Origin: Octopus sinensis
Taxonomy: Eukaryota
Direction: 5' to 3'
DNA length: 51,341 bases
Assembly: GCF_006345805.1 (NCBI RefSeq)
Contig: NW_021834347.1
Coordinates: 1-51,341 of the forward strand
Within the stretch, counting starts at the first letter, position 1. Each line of letters opens with the position of its first letter. Below, piece after piece: positions 21,211 to 33,150 of this stretch. A program made the position numbers and the translations under genes. Below the pieces are notes generated by a model. It was not told where the DNA came from and made no database searches. It worked only from the letters and a program-made list of their open reading frames with translations.

Positions 21211-23898
21211 ATGGAGTTGTTCGAGATTGATGCGTCCCTTAAGGATATTCCTATACCACCAAAGGATGCCTTCCTTAAGGAGTTGGTTTGTAAAACCAAC
21301 GCATTCATAAACCGGATAAGATGGCTCATTTTCTTCCACGAGAACGAAGATCTAAAATCGAACCGGACAACTGCATCGTCCGAATACGGCCGGCTTTTTA
21401 AAACATTGGATACGCCGCCACCGAACCCAAGACTGAAGAAGTTTGAGGACGACTTGTGGGACATAGTTAGAAAGATTAAGTTCAGGAAGTCACCCAGGAG
21501 AAATGCCCACCTCAGATACCTAGATAAAATTACCAAGGACATTAATAGAACGGACGGAGTCCTGGTCCAGTCCGACAAGACCAGGAACACATACAAGATG
21601 CCCATTAAGCAGTACCTAGATTTACTCGGTAAAGAGATCAAGAAAAATTATAGAAAAACCAATTGGAGTACCCTGAGGAAGGTAAACTTGGAAATTAAGG
21701 ATATAATATTTAAACACCGAATTCAAATGAGAACTCAGCCGCTTAGCCCCAAGCAACCCAGATTTATAGTGAAGGACCATAAACCTAACTTCCACACCAA
21801 CCCAGCGCTAAGACTCATATGCCCTGCTAGATCTGATATCGGGATAATCAGTAAGTACATTTTAGATAAATATATCCCTAGTTTAGTAAACAAGCTGAAG
21901 CTCAGCCTCTGGGCCAACTCCTCGCAGGTAGTGAAGTGGTTCTCTTCCATCCCCAATAAGAACCGTACTAGGTTCATTCAGTTTGATATCGCCAGCTTCT
22001 ACCCCTCGATTAACCCTAGTGTGCTAAATAAGGCCCTCTGGCATGCTCACAACAAGGCAGGCCTCACCAGAGAAGAGATAGATATCATTTTAGTTGCCAG
22101 GAAATCGTTTATTAAGTTTGATAATAAGCTGTGGATCCGTAAGGATACTCCCAATGAATTTGATGTGCCTATGGGTAGTTCGGATAGTGCGCAGATAGCC
22201 GATTTGGTCGGAATATATATTCTCTACGAATTGTCCGATCAATTCCCGGAAATCGCGGGCGGCCTGTATCGTGACGATTGTCTGTTTTACCTGCAAAACA
22301 CCACGAACAGAATAGTGCAGAAAACTAAGAGCAGGTTAGCTAGGTTTTTTAATAGAATGGGCATGAGTATAGTTTTTGATAACGAACTCACCAAGGCTAA
22401 TTTCCTAGACGTTACACTTAACCTTAATAGCGACTCATACTGCCCTTACCATAAGCCTTCCACTAATTTGAAGTATGTCAGTGTCTTCTCAAATCATGCC
22501 AAAACCGTAACAGACAATTTGGTTAAAAACATCTCTCTAAGATTGTCTGGCCTGTCCGCCAGTGCCGATATTTTTATGCAGAAAGCGGATTTTTATAACG
22601 CCGCACTATCCAAGGCCGGTTATAGGCAGAAGGTAATTTATATTGATCCGGCCCTTCCGATGCCATCATTCGGTCATCAGGATAGGGCCGTATATAATAA
22701 CATTAACATTTTAAGTAAGGACGGGAGCGCGGCGGATACCGGGGTAGTCGCTCCCGCATTTAATTTAGCGAACAAGGATAATTATCGGTCCGGGAGGTCT
22801 TACACTAACCCAAGACCCGTTATTCATCCGAGAATCACCCACCCAAATGCGAGAGCTGGCGTCCCGACCCATCACACTGATAGGAATAAGCATATATGGT
22901 TTGTAATCCCCTTTGGTAAGCAGATTAGAACTAACCTCCCCCTCATGTTTAGACAAGCCATCGCCAATAACTTCCCCAGAAATTCCAAATATTACTCCAC
23001 GGTTAACTCACATAAAGTTAGGATAGCTTTCTCCAACACTAAAAACCTCGCCCAGATAATCGCCTCCCATAATAATAGGCTACTTACTAAGACCCTATCA
23101 CCTTTTTCCGGAGGCACAGCCTCTTCCGCTCCCGGTTTAATGCTCAGTAGGAATAATTATAGTAGTAATAATGATATGAGAGCCAGTACAGTGACACATA
23201 ATCTCAGCTCCAGCCAGGGAGTACCCACTAGGGGTATAGTTATAAATAGGGGTGTTGTGGTTGATGGTAACAATGGGAGTAGGGTAGAGAGCCCCTTTAG
23301 CATCCCCAGCATCATTTCCCGCAATAGCAGTACCACGGGCAGTAGCAATGACAGCACTCTGATAGATAGTGGAGAATCAGGGGTTATTCCTATAGTTAAT
23401 AGTGACGTAGTGGAAAATAGAGTAGTAAGCGGCTGCAGGTCTCGGAACGAATATAGTGACAGGAACGCAGTTCTAATTTCAGAAACCAATCCTAGCAGAG
23501 TAAGATTCACGTCGGCGAACTCCAAGATCAAAAACGCCGTCTACCAATGCAAGGTTTACACGGACTCAGATGCCTTCACTTATATAGGGGCATCATCCTC
23601 AAGATTGTCTTTGCGTGTCTCCAACCATTACGCAACTTTTCGGGACGTGAACAAGCGCCAGACCACGGGACTCAGTAAGCTAATATGGCGACTGAAGGAT
23701 GCGAACTTAAGCTATAGGCTGGAATGGTCAATTTTGTCGGTGGCCCTCCCATTTGATAGGGGCAGAAGACAGTGCAACCTTTGTGTCTCCGAACTCTTCC
23801 ATATTTTGTTTGCCAGAGGCCGGATGGTAAACGGGCTCTTACAGTCGGCTTTTCGATGCCCCCATTGGCGGCGTTACACTTATCTGGCCTTTAAATAG
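21211..23898 (+). CDS. PLE polyprotein: reverse transcriptase plus C-terminal GIY-YIG endonuclease (895 aa, uninterrupted)
   Basis: DKT motif, QFDIASFYPS (motif A), VPMGS, LYRDD (motif C), FLDVTL; AVYQC...YIGAS...RVSNH...CNLCVSE...CPH. Confidence 0.92.
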   Translation: MELFEIDASLKDIPIPPKDAFLKELVCKTNAFINRIRWLIFFHENEDLKSNRTTASSEYGRLFKTLDTPPPNPRLKKFEDDLWDIVRKIKFRKSPRRNAHLRYLDKITKDINRTDGVLVQSDKTRNTYKMPIKQYLDLLGKEIKKNYRKTNWSTLRKVNLEIKDIIFKHRIQMRTQPLSPKQPRFIVKDHKPNFHTNPALRLICPARSDIGIISKYILDKYIPSLVNKLKLSLWANSSQVVKWFSSIPNKNRTRFIQFDIASFYPSINPSVLNKALWHAHNKAGLTREEIDIILVARKSFIKFDNKLWIRKDTPNEFDVPMGSSDSAQIADLVGIYILYELSDQFPEIAGGLYRDDCLFYLQNTTNRIVQKTKSRLARFFNRMGMSIVFDNELTKANFLDVTLNLNSDSYCPYHKPSTNLKYVSVFSNHAKTVTDNLVKNISLRLSGLSASADIFMQKADFYNAALSKAGYRQKVIYIDPALPMPSFGHQDRAVYNNINILSKDGSAADTGVVAPAFNLANKDNYRSGRSYTNPRPVIHPRITHPNARAGVPTHHTDRNKHIWFVIPFGKQIRTNLPLMFRQAIANNFPRNSKYYSTVNSHKVRIAFSNTKNLAQIIASHNNRLLTKTLSPFSGGTASSAPGLMLSRNNYSSNNDMRASTVTHNLSSSQGVPTRGIVINRGVVVDGNNGSRVESPFSIPSIISRNSSTTGSSNDSTLIDSGESGVIPIVNSDVVENRVVSGCRSRNEYSDRNAVLISETNPSRVRFTSANSKIKNAVYQCKVYTDSDAFTYIGASSSRLSLRVSNHYATFRDVNKRQTTGLSKLIWRLKDANLSYRLEWSILSVALPFDRGRRQCNLCVSELFHILFARGRMVNGLLQSAFRCPHWRRYTYLAFK

Positions 23899-24509
23899 CG
23901 TTTATAAATAAGACCGGCACCCATAGCCCTTGGTAGCAAATTCTGAAATAGATTTTAAGATATCTACAATTAACCACTGCAAGGGAAATTACTCCTGTAA
24001 GACAAACGGGGCTTGTTTTTTCACAGCGGGGGGTTTCCTTGTCAAGGTAGGCTTAGATGAACACACACACACACACACATAAAACATAAAATATATATAT
24101 AATTTCTTTATTTTTTTTTTCTTTCCCACCCAACGGTTATCACGGCAGTAGCCACTGACAGCCGAACGATCAAACGCACACACGTACACAAAAAATGTTT
24201 TCTACCCCTACGCCAACACACACATATATAGAACAGTATACACACACACACGTCTCTAAGTAGATTTTTTCTCGCCCCTTATAAAACATCCAATATTCTT
24301 TAAATAGTCAGAACTTTATTCTCGGTCACAAAGAACATCTATACACCCTCACCCACATGTTTGACCGATGCCTGACCTGTTGAATTCTTCAGCCACCGGT
24401 TCTCAACATACACTGATAAACAGTTTCGCCATGGGCTCTTAGGAGCACAGTTCGATTTGTTTTTTGCTCTGCCTCTGTTCTGTTTTTGTTTTTCCAACGG
24501 ATTTCCTTT

Positions 24510-24598
24510 TTTCTTCCTGAAGAGAAAGACACAATATGGTCCCATTATTCAATCGGATTTTGGTAATTTGTGCCTTTCGAAACACGTGTAGAATGAAA
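24510..24598 (+). ncRNA. Type I hammerhead ribozyme (second unit)
   Basis: Same motif as 20864-20952 at +3646; predicted cleavage after 24590. Confidence 0.82.
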
Positions 24599-24651
24599 TA
24601 AAACGATTTCTGTTCAATCTGCGTTCAGCTCCATTTCTTCAATTCACCAAT

Positions 24652-24658
<7 letters not shown>

Positions 24659-24728
<70 letters not shown>
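24659..24728. repeat. (TA)n microsatellite, right flank of the PLE
   Basis: Direct reading. Confidence 0.97.
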
Positions 24729-24731
<3 letters not shown>

Positions 24732-25639
24732 TGTTGTATCTGGGAAGAATCATTCTCTTTTAGTTCCTTATAATTTATCACCGGTAAAATTTCTACCCAT
24801 TTACTAATTTATTTTTCTAACATTTTCGTTGCGTTTTGCAACCCTTTCGATAGTTGTTGACTCTGTCCGTTATCCAAATTGCGTTGCGTAAGGCAGACAC
24901 AACAGAAAATGCTTCAACACACGATAGAATGAATTTAAAATACACTTTATGTACGAACCATAAAAATTACAACAACTTAGTCTCTTCCTCTTATTTTGGC
25001 ATTAATCCTATTTTATGTCTCATCTCAATCAACATTCGCTAGAGAAGTGTTCAATATTTATAAGTTGAAATGATTATACGAGTCAGAAGAAACAGTTAAT
25101 ACTCGTCACACATATTTCATAGTAAAAGAAGGCGTTGTCTGGGTTAAAGAAAATAATGAAATTTTATTATGACTTTTAAATCTCAAAGTAAAATGAAACA
25201 TGGATTATGCAATTCTCAACAGTTATTAGCTGAGCTACCAACTGTATATCTAAATAGCATGTTTCGTCCGATGTTCTCACTGTTAAAATTCTTTGAAACC
25301 AGCTAGTTCTTTGTCTTTGCAATCACCTTCAATTGTCAGTACATATTTGAACACGTTAGACCTGAAAATGCATAAATTTGAGAACCGGTCTGTGGGCGCT
25401 CCTATCCTGTTAATAAGTACATTTAGCCAGAATTCTATCAGATGACTTGAGTATAAACAAATGTATTGAAAACATTTAGAAATCAATCACAGTTTAATTA
25501 TCTAGAGCTTCTAAATATACGATATTTTGAGTGTGTCCATTAATTGGAGTATAAATGGAAAGATTTTGGGTACTTCCAACTCGCGAACATCCTACATATA
25601 ATTTCCCATTAGAGAAGCAATGAGAAGCAAGATAAAATC

Positions 25640-27050
25640 CAACAGCCTTGAGAGATTGTCCTCAAGGCTTGTTTATTGACATAGCGAAACTTAGTTTCAC
25701 TGGGAACTGGAACCGTTTAAATTCAAAGGGGAGGTCATATGGGATTAACAGAATCCGTGGAGTGAAGACATTCTCACCCTTATACTTCTCTGTCATAATT
25801 GGTGACTCTAGGACATGGGGTCGTATCGCTTTCACTACTAGGGTGGTACCATTGCAAAGACTAAGTAGCTCCATATTCCTGAGAAGCATGATTGGAGCCT
25901 CCTTTTAAGTGTTAAGTGGTGAAGTGGCATTCCAGATGGCTGTAGAGAGTTCAAGAACTCAGTTGGATAAACTACAGCCTGTTCTTGATCAATGCTGTGT
26001 CGAGGGATTTGAAAGATTGCTCTTGTCTTAACGACAGCTGCAAGACATCCCAGTTGATTTTGTCGACATCATTACGTGGATGGCTCGCTCACAGATCCAT
26101 TGACTGTTGCTAAAATGTTTGCAATGCTTGGGAGCACATGCATTATGGGATCATTGATTGTTGGTACCATCTCACCACAGGGTAGCCGGTGTTGTTGCAT
26201 TTGGTTGGCATATGGTAGTTGCCCATTCCCTATCTTCAGAAGCTGGTGTGAAAACAACCCGGCAGTTTGATCACCAAATAATTGGGCCTTCATCTTAACT
26301 GTCAGGTGCAGTTTAGTCATCTGGCTCCACAGTTAAGAGACAGGCCTGCTTTTGTACCTTTTGGGATCACAGGGAAAGTTTGTCTGAAATCTCCAACCAA
26401 AACTACAGTGCCTCCACTTATGACAATGTCCTCTCCTCTCAAATCTCTTAGGCTCCGGTCAACAGCCTCAAGTGCCCCACGGTGAGATATGGTGCATTCA
26501 TCCCAGACAACCAAGCACGTCTGCTGCAAGACACCTTGGCCTTTGCGGATGTCTTAGAAATGTTGCAAATTGGAGTCTCTATCCTAACTAAATTTAAGGG
26601 CACCTTGAAAGTAGAATGAGCTGTTCGTCTCTCTGACAAGAGAGTGGCTGCTGTTCATGAAGATGCTACCGCCAATGCAATGCACCCATCTAGACTGACA
26701 TTTGCTAGCAAAAGGTTTATCAAAAACGTCTTGCCAGTAACCTCAGGAGCATCCTAAAAGAACAGGCCACCGCTTTCCTCCCTGAGTCATTGGAATGATG
26801 CAATTGTAAGCTGTCCATTGTTCAGTCAAAAGCTTTGACTCATTCTCTGTTACATACTGAGTGTAATGTTGAGGGACTTCTTGGTACAAAAGAGTCGAAA
26901 CAAATACTCAAAGAAAGCACAAAGAAAAACAGTCAATGTAGTTGGACCTGGAGCTCCGTGAAATATCAAAAAGGCAATTTGTTTCAAAAATATCCAAAAT
27001 ATGTATTGCAAAATCAATGTACAATATATAGCACCACAAATTTTGAAACC
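25640..27050 (-). mobile_element. Helitron PIF1-like helicase relic
   Basis: VVWDECTISH..ALEAVDRSLRDL, VLVGDFRQ, LLKIGNG, LCNGT.L.V, FQFPVKLSFAMSINK; many frameshifts. Confidence 0.9.
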
Positions 27051-27103
27051 ATTATTATTATCATCACCGTAACTATAACTATTATTATTATTATTATTAT
27101 TAT

Positions 27104-30100
27104 TCAGTAGTTTTATTTTTATAGCGTGCTTTCACTTCACTACCGAGCGCAGCTCTGTGTGCCTTGGGTATGTGCTGTGATTTGTTGTGATGCTCTGATG
27201 GTTATTGTATGGAAAGTGTTCTGCGTAGGATGTGTGCAGTGCCTAGTAGTGCAATTTTCTGTATGTTATATGTGTTTGTAAGTCCTGGTGTTTTTGTTAT
27301 GTATTTATCTGAATATTTTTTTATCATGCCTAATGCACCTACTATGATAGGAATTGTTTCTGTTTTCAGATTCCACATTCTAGTTACCTCTATTTCCAGG
27401 TCTTTGTATTTTGAGAGTTTCTCCATTTCTTTTAGAGACACGTTGTCATCTGCCGGTATTGATACATCAATTAGAAAGCATTTTTTTTTCTTCATGATCT
27501 CTGACAACTATATCTGGTCTGTTGGCCTTAATTTCTCTATCTGTGTGTATCGGCATATCCCAGAGTATGGTTGCTTTCTCGTTTATTGTGACCTTTTCTG
27601 GTGTGTGCCTATACCATCTTTTTTCTGTTGTTATTCCATAATGTTGGCATAGCTTCCAATGTATGTAGGTTCCAACTCTGTCGTGTCTGTGAATATATTC
27701 CTTCTTAGCCAGGACTGGGCAGCTAGAGATAATATGATTTATTGTTTCTTGTCCATCTCCACATATTCTGCAGTTACTTGTAATATTTCTTTTCATTACT
27801 TGTTTTTGGTAATTTCTGGTGGGGAGGCTTTGGTCTTGTGCTGCAATTAAAAATCCCTCTGTTTCTGCTTTGAGTCCTGAGCTTCTCAACCATCGCTGGG
27901 ATTTTTCTTTGTCTATTTCTTTTGCCTTTAGTTTAGTGCAGTATTTACCATGAAGGGGCTTTTCTTGCCATCGTTTTATCATGGTTCGTTGCTGTTCTAT
28001 TTTTAGTTTGGATTTCATTTGTTTTATAGCTTTTGTTGTTTCTTCATCATCTTCTTCTTCTTCTTCGTGTTTATTAGGTGGTATGATTTCTTGTTTGTAT
28101 TTGTCGGCTTCCTTAAATACTGAGAACAGTTTTTTGTTTTGCTCGTGTTTTGCTGCTATCTGGATAAATTTTCCTTCTTCTGAAGTAGATATTTTTGCAG
28201 TCCTATGGTGGTTATTTTATAGTAGTTTTCCAGCTGTATAAGGCCTCTACCACCTTCTATACGTTGTATATATAGTCTTTCTATGTCAGATTTTGGGTGA
28301 TGCATCCTAGATCCTGTCAGTATTTTTCTTGTTTTCCTATCTATTTTGGACAGTTCATTTCGTGTCCAGTTAAGGATATTGTAGCTGTAACTTATAACTG
28401 GGACAGCTAAAGTGTTGATACCTATTATCTTGTTTTTAGCATTGAGCTCTGTTTTTAGTATTGATCTAACTCGTCTATAATATTCTTTTTTTATTTTCTC
28501 TTTCATTTGTGTGTGTTGTGTCTTATCTAGTTCATAGATTCCTGAGTATTTGTAAGTTTGGCTTTGGTCTAATTCTTTTATTTCATTGGTTTTATCTAGT
28601 GTGATGTCGCTACTCTTAACTAGTTTTCCTCTTTTCATGGTTACTTTGGCGCATTTTTCTAATCCAAATTTCATATCTATTTCTTTGGTAAATCCATGAA
28701 CTGTCTTTAATAGTGTTTCCAGCTGTTTGTCATTTGCAGCGTATAGTTTTAGGTCATCCATATATAAAAGGTGGCTGATCGTTTTGCCGTAACATTTATA
28801 TCCGCATCCAGTTCTATTTAGCATATCAGATAGAGGTGACAGTGCCAAGCAGAAAAGGAGTGGAGAGATCGTGTCTCCCTGGAATATTCCTCTTCTAATG
28901 GGGATGTCTTTGGTTTTCATGAGTCCCTCTTTTGTTTGGAGGTGTTGGACTGTTTGCCATTTATTCATAGAGTGCTCTATGAATTTTATGATTGTTGGTG
29001 CTACTTTGTTAATGGCTAGTGTTTCGAGGATCCATGTGTGGGGGATGCTATCAAACGCCTTTTTGTAGTCAATCCAGGCCATACTGAGGCCTTTCTTCTT
29101 TCTGTGGCTGTCTTCAGTTACGGCTTTATTAATCATTAGTTGATCTTTACAGCCATATGAGCCTTTGCGGCATCCTTTCTGCTCTTCTGGGAACAGTTTG
29201 TTTTCGTCCAAGTGCTTGTTCAGCCTTTGCGATATCACTGCAGTAAATGCCTTGAACATAGTAGGGAGGCAGGTTATTGGTCTGTAGTTTTCTGGTTTTG
29301 CTGTTTCATTTGATTTGGGAATTAAGATGGTTTTCCCCTTCGTGAGCCATTCAGGCATTGTCTCTGGCTCTGCTAGTATGCTGTTAAAGTTTTCAGCCAG
29401 CTTTTTGTGCATTCCTCTTAGATATTTCAACCAGAAGTTGGGGATCTTGTCATGCCCAGGTGCCTTCCAGTTGCTTAGTTTTTGCAGTGCCTGGGTGACC
29501 TCTTCAGTTGTTATGGGGGTTCAAAGTTGTTCAGATGCCGAGTTTGTTATTTTGATACTCCTTTTTTTTGGCTGTTCGTTCGCCGACCATATTTCTCTCC
29601 AGAATTCTTCCAATTCTTCTGCCGTTGGTGCTGCAGTGACTTCTATTTTATTTTTTCCCAGTTCTTGGTAGAACTTTTTGGGGTTGGAGTTGAACTTTTT
29701 GTTCTGTTCAAAGAAGCGTTGGCGTTTCTCGTACCGACGGATCCTTTGAGCTTTGGCAAGGATATCTTGCTTCAACTTTTCTTTTATCTCCGGCAAATCT
29801 TTTTCTGTGATGTTATATTTGCGGAGCATTTTTGTTCTCTTTTTGTTGCTCAGTAGCGTTGATTGTTTGCTGATTTCATTAAGAATCGACAGGTCTTTTC
29901 TATTTTTTTTAATTTTGTTTTTGATGTTATTTATCCACAGGGTTTGTTTGGGTGGTGGTACTCCTGTTTTGGCGGGTTTGGGTGAGTATCCAGCTTCTTT
30001 TGTGGCTGCAGTGGCTGCTGCGTATATCAAGTCATTTAGTTCAGTGATATCACTTTTTTTTGTTTCAGTGGCTAGTTCAGTGACAGCTAGGTTTATGCTG

Positions 30101-31036
30101 TTTATAATTGGTGTTGTTATTTCGTTTATTTTTATTCTTGGGAGGTATGGTCGGTGGTCCATTTTGGGCTCTGTGGTTTTCAGTTCTTTGATTATTTTAT
30201 TTTTTATATTATCATAATCATTAGGCTCCCCTTCGTTGTTTACATCGTGTTTGTTGGGAATGTTGCGTTTGTCTTCGTGTTTTACAGTTTCAGTGTTTAT
30301 ATTATTGGGCATTGTTGTGTGGCTTCTATCTACATTTTCCTGGTGTATTTTTTCTTTTAAATGTTCTATTTCTATTTCTGATATTTTTTTGGCTTTGAGA
30401 ATGTATCTTCGTACGTTAGCTAATTTATTAGGGTTCATTGCTGTATCCAAGTCTATATCTCTATTATTTTCCTTCCATATTTTATATGTATGTGTGTTGT
30501 ATTTTCATTTTTTGGGTAGAGCATTGCTGTGAATATGCGTGTAAGATAGAAATGTATTCCTCACGTGTCCATTTACGTCTTTTGGGTTTTATTTGCGGGA
30601 CATGAGGTACAACGTCCGGCCCATTATTTTGACGGTTGTCATTTTCGTAGGGTACCGGTCCGTTTATTTCTGTTGTCACATTATTTCGCACGTGTAGTTT
30701 TTCGTACATTTTTTGTTGTAAGTTTAATGTACGTACCGCTCGATTGTTATTCTTGGGTTGAATAGTATCGGTGGCATTTAATTTCTTCGTAGTTCTTTGT
30801 ACATGGTGTTTGAGGTCGGGGATGATCGTGATGTTCCACGCATGTTTACATGTGTTGTGTTAGAGGTGGAGATAATATCGAGTCAAAATACATCATTTCG
30901 TTTCGAAAATAGTAATAAATTTCAATTAGTATTACTTACTCGGATACAGTCCAATTCTTTGTTAGTAAATCTTTGGCTCCATAGGATGTCCTTGTTTTCG
31001 ATGTTTGTGGATAGATTTCGGAGCTCTGTATTTTCC
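27104..31036 (-). mobile_element. Near full-length R4/Dong-type RLE non-LTR retrotransposon (multiply frameshifted)
   Basis: RT (WIDYKKAFDS, YMDDLKLY), CRICG..ETINHIISSC zinc knuckle, RHD, RPDIV...LIDVSIP..EK..KY.DL RLE domain; (TAT)n at 27079-27103 and 31037-31092. Confidence 0.92.
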
Positions 31037-31092
<56 letters not shown>

Positions 31093-31199
31093 GTCCATTT
31101 AAATCGGGTTTGAATTTGTCAATAAAATTCTTTTCTCCGCGTTTTCTCTCGATTTCGCTTGAGTTGTGTAGTTTGTAGAATGGGAATATTATAAATATT

Positions 31200-31400
31200 T
31201 TCTGACCACATGCATTCAGATGGTCGCTTATAGGGTCTGGTGGATATCAGGGCCCTTTATTTGTTGTCGTTGTACACGTGAACGTTCCGATAATGCATTC
31301 CCAGTCTGACCGACGTTTATTTGTTCCCAATTCGGGCATTTGAGGCAGTATACTAGCAAACTTACACAAAGGAACGAATTAAAGGATATAATCACGGATC
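31200..31400 (-). mobile_element. PLE GIY-YIG relic
   Basis: LLVYCLKCPNWEQINVGQTGNALSERSRVQRQQIKGP. Confidence 0.65.
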
Positions 31401-31462
31401 TATTTCGTTTTGGATTTGGTTTGCAAGATTCTTTATATGAGTTCGTGTGTTGAAGCATATTC

Positions 31463-31657
31463 TGTTGTGTCTGAGGAGAGTCATTTTCTTTTTGTGCCTT
31501 ATAATGTAACACACTCACCGGTAAAATTTCCAATTATTTCTTATTTTTATTTTCCTAAAATTTAAGAAAATAAAAATAAGAAATAAGTGGAAATTTTACC
31601 GGTGCGTGTGTTACATTATGAGGCACAAAAAGAAAATGACTCTCCCCAGACACAACA
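31463..31657. repeat. Fold-back palindrome, 97-bp arms, centre 31560
   Basis: Arms are reverse complements with about 5 mismatches. Confidence 0.92.
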
Positions 31658-31699
31658 TAATCACAGACCTAACTTTGATTCTAAATAAAAGACAGGCGA

Positions 31700-32010
31700 A
31701 AACTTGACACACTTGTTAACAAAGGCAAAGTTTGAGCTCAACAACAATGATGATTCATTCGTTGTATCCAAATGCAATGGTAATCGAAGTCTATTTGCCA
31801 ATGGAAATAGGAACTGCAAAAGCAGATATTTAATTTATTGCATCAGATGACCGAATTGTGGAGAGAAATAGGTTGGTCAGACTGGAATGAATTATCAGAA
31901 CGTCAACATAAGTACCAACAACAAATCAGAGACCCCGATGCCCATCAGACCCCTTTAAGCAACATTCTAGCAACATGTGGTCAGAAAATGTGTATAATGT
32001 TCCATTCTAC
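31700..32010 (+). mobile_element. PLE GIY-YIG relic, opposite strand
   Basis: ELSERQHKYQQQIRDPDAHQTPLSNILATCG resembles the 31200-31400 relic. Confidence 0.55.
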
Positions 32011-32692
32011 AAACTACACGACTCAAGTGATGTCAAGAGTAAATCATTTTATTGATAAATTCAAACCCGTTTTAAATGGACAATAGATGGTAATGGTGTT
32101 GGTAGTGTTACGCATATTAACATTGATTTGATTGAAATCTAAAATTTCTGGAAAATTGTAGGAATAGTAGCAATGGAATTCAATGAAAAGAGGAAGGTTA
32201 TTGACAACATTCTTCAATATAGCCAAACAATTATTTCTTTAGTTGCGGTCAAAATAAGGAACCCTTGACGTGCCCACCAAACCGAGACGACTAAGGTGCT
32301 CACCAATTGCCTAAAATATTTTGATGAATAAAGTGTGATAACTGCTAACCAAGTTGGCACAACTACTAACCCATGACATCTAAGCCACATACTGATTGAT
32401 CTAAATACAGCTAATACTTAGTTGGTGCACTCACTAAACAATGATATCTTAGCTAGTTACTGATTGGTCAAAACACTGTTCGTGAGATTCAGTCTGCTGG
32501 AGCCAATCGGAAGGTATTTAAAGTCACAACTACTGCATAAACTGATGATTGCGTAACAACAAATATATATTCTGTTATTATAATATTGTGAAATTCTAAA
32601 TATTTTATATGGTAAAACATTAAAATCAGACTAGGTCAGAATTTGATTTATATATTCCTCTTTACACAATCATACAAACCCGTATACACACA

Positions 32693-32754
<62 letters not shown>

Positions 32755-32837
32755 TTATATATATATAAATACTAGCTGAAGGTGACCCGCTCTACGCGCG
32801 GGTAAGAGTGTGGTTGTTACTTTCTATTGCTTCCTTT

Positions 32838-33150
32838 CAGCACGTAAAAAGTACCATCCGAACGTGGCGGATTGCAGCGCCGCCTTGACTGGCTTCTGTG
32901 CCAGTGACACGTAAAAAGCACCAACCGATCGTGGCCATTGACAGCCCCCCTGGCACCTGTGCCGGCGGCACGAAAAATGCACCCACTACGCTCACAGAGT
33001 GGTTGGCGTTAGGAAGGGCATCCACCTGTAGAAACACTGCCAGATCAGACTGGAGCCTGGTGCAGCCTCCTGGCTTCCCAGACATTGGTCAAACTGTCCA
33101 ACCCGTGCTAGCACGGAAAACGGACGTTAAACGTTGATGATGATGATGAT
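32838..33150 (+). mobile_element. SINE 3' portion with (GAT)n tail
   Basis: Internal GCACGTAAAAAGCACC repeats, GGCGTTAGGAAGGGCATCCA motif, (GAT)n tail. Confidence 0.7.

Larger units (their letters stand above)
18022..24660 (+). mobile_element. Penelope-like element: inverted 350-bp terminus plus ~1.7 head-to-tail units of ~3646 bp
   Basis: 18022-18372 is the reverse complement of about 20815-21165. 18373-21014 matches 22017-24660 at offset 3644-3646. (TA)n on both flanks. Confidence 0.92.

Noticed and set aside
22640-22682. Minus-strand CTGATGA-CCGA..TCGG inside the PLE ORF
   Set aside because: No GAAA, stem III or stem I; chance match
32540-32580. CTGATGA-TTG(CGTAA)CAA-CAAA after a TATA-like motif
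   Set aside because: G of GAAA is missing and there is no stem I; at most a decayed pLTR motif
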